Shown here: positions 27,936-32,000 of the stretch, one piece after another
How the letters are laid out: each line of letters starts with the position of its first letter
Numbering within the stretch: position 1 is the stretch's first letter
Origin: Candidatus Saccharimonadota bacterium
GTDB lineage: Bacteria; Patescibacteriota; Saccharimonadia; Saccharimonadales; UBA4665
Reading direction: 5' to 3'
NCBI GenBank assembly: GCA_016700375.1
Contig: CP065016.1
Coordinates: forward strand, 180,001-212,000
Length of the DNA: 32,000 bases
Program-made: the position numbers and the translations under genes
Notes under the pieces: generated by a model
Databases searched by the model: none
What the model saw: the letters and a program-made list of their open reading frames with translations, nothing else
Told to the model about the DNA's origin: nothing

Positions 27936-28861
27936 CGCTAACGCTGAAAGCCTCAGGCGCAGTCTACTCCATAAAGAACTTCCACGGCGACACCGCGCTC
28001 ACCGTCAACGCGGCCGGTGTCCCGACCAGTTCCGTGCACCTTTACGACCCATTTGGGCAGACAGCACCGAGTGCAGCTTTTGGCACCGGCGGCTACGGTG
28101 GTTCTCCCAAAGACCCCAGCAATAGCTCAAACGAAGCAATGGCCTGGGCAGCTCACCCAAGCCGGAAGGCAGAAGCCAGCGACCTCTTTACCATACCCAT
28201 CATTCAAATGGGAGCAAGAGTATACCTACCAACCCTTGGCAGATTCCTACAGGTAGACCCCATAGAAGGTGGTACAGCCAATGCGTATGTGTATGCACTC
28301 GACCCGATTAATCAGAGTGATTATAGCGGTATGTTCGTATTCGCAATTGCTGCAGCGGTACCATTCATCGCTGCCGCCGCAGTTGTTGCGGCAACAGCGG
28401 TAATAAGTAGTCCTAGCGCTGTAAGAGCAAGACAGGGGGCTGCAAAAAGCATTGCGAATGCAGTAGACAATACATGGAATAAAATCGGAGCATCACTAAA
28501 ATCGCAAGCTCAACCAAAGGCAATAACAAACCCAGTCGCTCCCCCAAAACAATGCAACACGTACACTCTGGCGCCTCCACCTTATGCAGGTGTAAAGTAT
28601 CCTTCTGCAAGTGCCTCGAACTATGCACAAAAACAAGCGGCTATTACGAGTACTCAATCCCTTCTTGCAATCGGGATTAGTCCGGGAGGTTTTCCGATTA
28701 TGGGCAGTGGTCAACCAAAACGTCTTGACAACCCCCTTTACGCAAATGGTTGGACAAAATATAGTGTGCCCTATCCGGCTAATGACTTTGAAGTGCACTA
28801 CAACCTTAATACTATTACATGCCAGTACGCTGATTTAAAGACAAAGGAAGGGCTATACTAA
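27914..28861 (+). CDS. orphan Rhs C-terminal cassette 3 (divergent core lineage + unrecognised toxin tip)
   Basis: 315-aa ORF. The TTG start lies inside the upstream immunity gene and is probably not real. Rhs-core similarity starts right after the immunity stop at ~27936 (NFHGDTALTV...YDPFGQ...IIQMGARVYLPTLGRFLQVDPIEGGTANAYVYALDPINQSDYSG). The tip spans 28331-28858. Confidence 0.75.
   Translation: MVYRDCLALTLKASGAVYSIKNFHGDTALTVNAAGVPTSSVHLYDPFGQTAPSAAFGTGGYGGSPKDPSNSSNEAMAWAAHPSRKAEASDLFTIPIIQMGARVYLPTLGRFLQVDPIEGGTANAYVYALDPINQSDYSGMFVFAIAAAVPFIAAAAVVAATAVISSPSAVRARQGAAKSIANAVDNTWNKIGASLKSQAQPKAITNPVAPPKQCNTYTLAPPPYAGVKYPSASASNYAQKQAAITSTQSLLAIGISPGGFPIMGSGQPKRLDNPLYANGWTKYSVPYPANDFEVHYNLNTITCQYADLKTKEGLY
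28271..28329 (+). repeat. 59-nt core-end repeat, copy 1
   Basis: ggtacagccaatgcgtatgtgtatgcactcgacccgattaatcagagtgattatagcgg matches 29306-29364 with 2 mismatches. Confidence 0.85.
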
Positions 28862-28866
28862 CAGAT

Positions 28867-29274
28867 ATGCTATTACTCACGAACAAAGATATCGTCGACT
28901 ATGGACCGATACTTCGCTTAAAGCGGGGAACCCTGTGCATATCTTTTGCCGAAAGTCATGATGCGGAAGAAGGAAGTAGAGTAGCAGTATTACCGCTAGA
29001 ATTTAACTATGAAAATGAAGATATTGACCCAATATTTTTCGCTATGGAGAATTTTGATATTGTCGCTGACTTTACCTCAGAAAAATGGATTACAAAAAAG
29101 GTTGAGAATAATACGCACACCGAGATTTCTTCATTTCTCGAATGGTTTAATGGCGGCTTCTGGTATCGCGCACATGACTGGAGCTTAAATGGGGAAGACT
29201 ACAGAACTATTAGAACATATTTCGAAGAATACAAATCGGTCTATTCTGCATGGCTCGAAAGCATAGAAAAGTAA
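28867..29274 (+). CDS. putative immunity protein for orphan cassette 3
   Basis: 135 aa, 5 nt after the toxin stop. It is AT-rich and acidic, with no recognised family. Confidence 0.65.
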   Translation: MLLLTNKDIVDYGPILRLKRGTLCISFAESHDAEEGSRVAVLPLEFNYENEDIDPIFFAMENFDIVADFTSEKWITKKVENNTHTEISSFLEWFNGGFWYRAHDWSLNGEDYRTIRTYFEEYKSVYSAWLESIEK

Positions 29275-29305
29275 ATACCCAAATCTAAATTGACCCATAA
29301 AAGTC

Positions 29306-29364
29306 GGTACAGCCAATGCCTATGTGTATGCGCTCGACCCGATTAATCAGAGTGATTATAGCGG
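29306..29364 (+). repeat. 59-nt core-end repeat, copy 2
   Basis: It encodes GTANAYVYALDPINQSDYSG, the only Rhs-core remnant of cassette 4. Confidence 0.85.
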
Positions 29365-29956
29365 GCAGGGACTGTTTGGATTCCTGACAGCAGCAGTGGC
29401 AATCGTAAAGTATGCGGTCACAAACTACTCATCAAACAAATACGTGGCAGCAGCAACAAAAATTATTGCACCAGTGGTAAATGCGGTGAAGAGTATTGTT
29501 GCAGCAGCGCCAGCAGCCCAAGTCAGTGCAAAAACAGCCCCACCAGCAGTTAAACAGATTAATAGCATCTATCCAAAAGAAAGACTTGATTTCGGAAAGC
29601 TGAAACCAGAAAATAGGATTGGTGCGAATCCTTCGGCCCCCGTCTCATATCAAACAACACAAGTATCGGCAACTTTTTGCTTTGTATTCTGCGGGGATGT
29701 TGGACTGTCATCGGACGGCAGCGGCATACACCTTACGATTGGATATTCTCTCGGGCAAAGGTATGGAATATCCGCTGGTGTTGGAGGAGGACCTGGTAGG
29801 GTTGATACTGGTGGGCATGCTAACATTTCTTGCTCCGCTGGATTACTAGGAGGCGAGTTTAGCTCAGATGGTCTAAATAGCAACAGCTTTTCAGCTATGT
29901 TTAATTTTGTGCCTACTCAAGCAGGTTGTAGCTCAGGGCCAAGTGTGACCTTTTAA
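29324..29956 (+). CDS. orphan Rhs cassette 4 (14-residue core remnant + Gly-rich unrecognised toxin tip)
   Basis: 210-aa ORF with a fortuitous GTG start. The sequence runs YALDPINQSDYSG, then a hydrophobic helix (GLFGFLTAAVAIVKYAV), an Ala/Pro-rich linker, and a Gly/Ser-rich C-terminal half (GYSLGQRYGISAGVGGGPGRVDTGGHANISCSAGLLGGEF). Confidence 0.7.
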   Translation: MYALDPINQSDYSGQGLFGFLTAAVAIVKYAVTNYSSNKYVAAATKIIAPVVNAVKSIVAAAPAAQVSAKTAPPAVKQINSIYPKERLDFGKLKPENRIGANPSAPVSYQTTQVSATFCFVFCGDVGLSSDGSGIHLTIGYSLGQRYGISAGVGGGPGRVDTGGHANISCSAGLLGGEFSSDGLNSNSFSAMFNFVPTQAGCSSGPSVTF

Positions 29957-29977
29957 ATATACACAAACGGAGGTGTT

Positions 29978-30433
29978 ATGAGTAAAGAGTTAAAGTTTAC
30001 CGGTTCAGGAGTGAATGCACCAAGTATAAAAGTTTCCCTCGCTCGCGCAAGTGAGTCACCGTCAAAATCATCGTTCACCGTAGGTGCTACTTGGCCGTTC
30101 GTTACATTAACATTGGGGAAAAAACGTGTAGAGTTTCGAATGCCAGGTGTTATCAAATTTGCAACAGCAACTGACAGTAAAATAACGTTAAGCAAGCTAG
30201 GCTACCTTTTCTTCCGCTCTGCTGACCCAAATAACGATTTCGGCTTTTCCACCTTAGCTTTAAATAGACTAATAGTAGGGTTAAAAGCAATGGGCTTTGA
30301 ACTTGACAGCACATGTATAACTAATCTAAAGATCGCTAGATTGTTCCATGTCATATTTTTGTCTTTTGGCTTACTCTTCCTAGCCTGTGTATTCGCGGTG
30401 ATGTTTGCAACAGGTACACGTGGTTTATCCTAG
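29978..30433 (+). CDS. putative immunity protein for cassette 4, C-terminally membrane anchored
   Basis: 151 aa. A good SD (aacGGAGGtgttATG) is present. There is a C-terminal hydrophobic helix (LFHVIFLSFGLLFLACVFAVMFA). Its last codons run into junction part A. Confidence 0.7.
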   Translation: MSKELKFTGSGVNAPSIKVSLARASESPSKSSFTVGATWPFVTLTLGKKRVEFRMPGVIKFATATDSKITLSKLGYLFFRSADPNNDFGFSTLALNRLIVGLKAMGFELDSTCITNLKIARLFHVIFLSFGLLFLACVFAVMFATGTRGLS

Positions 30434-30727
30434 TACAGAGAGCGCTGGTGTGAATCTGACCCACGCGCACTTTTTCCCAAATAATGGGATTTGAGGGATT
30501 TGAGGATTTGAGGACTGTCCTCTAGCAGGAGGATTTGAGGACTGTCCTCTAGCAGCTAGCGGCAATGTGAATTCCCCATTTCACTATCATTTTTGCTACA
30601 CTAAACCATAACCATGTACACCGCCGCGGCCGCATTTCAGCCTTTGCAATCCACTCGCTCTTCTCGCAATTTCGCTTCCTATGCTCGGTATAAGTCACTG
30701 GCAATTGGCCGAACAAGACAGAGAGGT
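30418..30727 (+). repeat. junction/leader element copy J5 (A + inserted repeats + B + C)
   Basis: This is the most complete copy: A at 30418-30431, B at 30564-30607, and C core cctatgctcggtataagtcactg at 30678-30700. About 132 nt lie between A and B, where copy J1 has 15 nt. Confidence 0.75.
30487..30555 (+). repeat. short tandem/direct repeats inside J5
   Basis: ggatttgag occurs three times in tandem (30487-30512). The 24-nt unit gatttgaggactgtcctctagcag then occurs twice (30505-30528 and 30532-30555). Each unit contains the mini-hairpin gagga-ctg-tcctc. Confidence 0.8.
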
Positions 30728-30879
30728 CATGGCAATACACCCGCCTTGGCTTTGGTGCAAACGGCACACCCCAAACGTACTTCACATACGACTCGTCAGA
30801 CCGCAACACCGGCATCACCGAAACCAACGCCACTGGCTCCATCACCACCACCTACGGTCGTGATGTCCAGGGCAGGCTC

Positions 30880-31842
30880 TTGTACCGTCACCAAGATACC
30901 AATGGCAGCAGTGCCAGCAATGACTACTACGGCTACACCGCCTCCGGTGACTCCCCAGATTTCATTACAGATGTAAGTGGCACTGTCACACAGAAGTATC
31001 TATCGCTTCCTGGAGGGGTTAAAGTAACTATTCGTCCAGACAGAGCTAGTGCAGGTGCTCTAACATACAGCCTACCCAATATACACGGAGATGTATTTGC
31101 GACTGTTGATGCAGACGGGAAGATACTAAACACCCATCAAAGCGGACCTTTCGGAGAGAAGCTAGCGAACCAAACCACTCCCTGGAACACCATTAGTGGT
31201 GGTACAATGGGATATGTCGGTGCAGCCCTAAAGCTCACTGAAGCACAGTTAGCACTTCAGCCTATTCAAATGGGAGCGAGGGTATACATACCAGGACTCG
31301 GTAGATTCCTTTCCGTTGACCCGGTTCAAGGTGGCACACCAAATAACTATGTGTATCCAGGTGACCCGGTGAATCAATACGACTTAAATGGAATGTGGGT
31401 GAGCCTATTGATTAAATTATTTGTAAGAGAAGGTGGTAAGCAAACAGTTAAGCAGACCGGAAAGGAAACCGTAAAACGGGGCGCAACAAAAGTTGCCACT
31501 AAAGTACAAAAAACAGGTGCTAATCAGACTATCCCCATTTCGAGTAGTACACAAAACGTGAATATCACTATAAAGTATAGTCGCCCAAACAACGCTACTA
31601 CGATAGCCCAAAGAGTGAGCGTGCAAAATAAGCCTTGTGTGACTTGTGGCATACAGGGACAGAAAAACTACGCAGACCATATCCAACCGCTCGTAAAAGA
31701 ATATTATCAGACAGGGACAATAGATCGTGTAAGGATGAGATCAATAGAGTCCGTACAGCCCCAATGTCCAAGCTGCTCAAATATTCAAGGTGGAAATTTA
31801 AGTAATTATAGTCGGGAAATGATAGATTATTATGGTTTATAA
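30880..31842 (+). CDS. orphan Rhs C-terminal cassette 5 (core fragment + HNH/EndoVII GH-E-like nuclease tip); upstream leader frame-shifted
   Basis: In-frame Rhs homology extends upstream to the stop at 30691. Nucleotide similarity to the main gene starts at 30728. There is no ATG; the track start is a TTG. The core ends at DPVNQYDLNG (to 31392). The tip contains KPCVTCG...ADHIQPLV...QPQCPSCSNIQGG, i.e. a C-x2-C...DH...N...C-x2-C HNH-like layout. Confidence 0.7.
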   Translation: MYRHQDTNGSSASNDYYGYTASGDSPDFITDVSGTVTQKYLSLPGGVKVTIRPDRASAGALTYSLPNIHGDVFATVDADGKILNTHQSGPFGEKLANQTTPWNTISGGTMGYVGAALKLTEAQLALQPIQMGARVYIPGLGRFLSVDPVQGGTPNNYVYPGDPVNQYDLNGMWVSLLIKLFVREGGKQTVKQTGKETVKRGATKVATKVQKTGANQTIPISSSTQNVNITIKYSRPNNATTIAQRVSVQNKPCVTCGIQGQKNYADHIQPLVKEYYQTGTIDRVRMRSIESVQPQCPSCSNIQGGNLSNYSREMIDYYGL

Positions 31843-32000
31843 TTCAAATAATATTGCTGTAAAACTTGAACAAAACACTTTGTGCAAGAAGTATAATGCT
31901 GAGTATTTGGAAGCCGCACCCGGCACGATAGTAGGTGTAGCAAAAGATTTCTCTATGGCAAAAATGCCAATAAACGGCTTGCGGCATCCCCGAGAAAAGA
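31832..32000 (+). CDS. putative immunity protein for cassette 5 (partial, runs off the right edge)
   Basis: The ATG at 31832 overlaps the toxin 3' end by 11 nt. The frame stays open to the window end (MVYNSNNIAVKLEQNTLCKKYNAEYLEAAPGTIVGVAKDFSMAKMPINGLRHPREK...). Confidence 0.55.
   Translation, partial: MVYNSNNIAVKLEQNTLCKKYNAEYLEAAPGTIVGVAKDFSMAKMPINGLRHPREK

Noticed and set aside
30487-30555. Possible CRISPR-like or regulatory repeat array
   Set aside because: Only 2-3 very short units are present, with essentially no spacers and no cas genes. It is not a CRISPR array and is kept only as a low-interest repeat.
30614-30976. 120-aa Pro/Thr-rich ORF
   Set aside because: Only its first ~40 codons (the leader peptide) look meaningful. 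The rest is the Rhs core read out of frame after a 1-nt deletion. It is reported as a frameshift finding, not as a gene.
16592-32000. Diversity-generating retroelement or shufflon-type inversion system acting on the toxin tips
   Set aside because: There is no reverse transcriptase, no template/variable repeat pair with A-specific differences, and no invertase or inverted cassette orientation. All cassettes are direct repeats, consistent with homologous recombination instead.

Overview
The window splits into two parts.

(1) Positions 1 to ~16,500 are a compact, mostly housekeeping block. It encodes an RdgB/HAM1 NTP pyrophosphatase, NAD-dependent DNA ligase, an S11 DD-carboxypeptidase, an M24B Xaa-Pro aminopeptidase, a DUF360/holin-like membrane protein, SecG, a membrane-anchored family-5 solute-binding protein and an FAD-linked oxidase. 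It also carries tRNA-Leu(CAG), tRNA-Leu(GAG), tRNA-Val(TAC), a P-loop kinase-like protein, a DUF45/M48-like HExxH peptidase and a soluble PAS histidine kinase. Gaps are tiny and start/stop overlaps are frequent. The gene content resembles a reduced-genome (Patescibacteria/Saccharibacteria-like) bacterium, but that is an unverified impression.

(2) Positions ~16,600 to 32,000 are an Rhs/YD-repeat polymorphic-toxin locus. One full-length 2,282-aa gene has a Sec-type signal, three PA14 domains, a YD shell, an Rhs core and a PD-(D/E)xK-like C-terminal toxin, followed by its immunity gene. An IS200-type insertion sequence comes next. Then come five co-oriented orphan cassettes (Rhs 3' core fragment + alternative toxin tip + small AT-rich immunity gene); the last immunity gene runs off the right edge.

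Recognisable tips are PD-(D/E)xK-like, GIY-YIG-like and HNH/GH-E-like nucleases; three tips are unrecognised. The most notable observations are:
- A 1,061-nt, ~98% identical direct repeat joins the expressed gene to orphan 2. It is an in-frame toxin-swap substrate.
- Identity among the main gene, orphan 2 and orphan 5 is mosaic, which suggests gene conversion.
- A conserved modular junction/leader element precedes three orphans and is fused to the Rhs core at three different positions.
- A hydrophobic helix follows the Rhs core-terminating motif in every cassette.
- A second, divergent Rhs-core lineage is represented only by orphans.

No T6SS/T7SS markers, CRISPR array or reverse transcriptase are visible. 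Sub-ORF coordinates were counted by hand and may be off by 1-2 nt.
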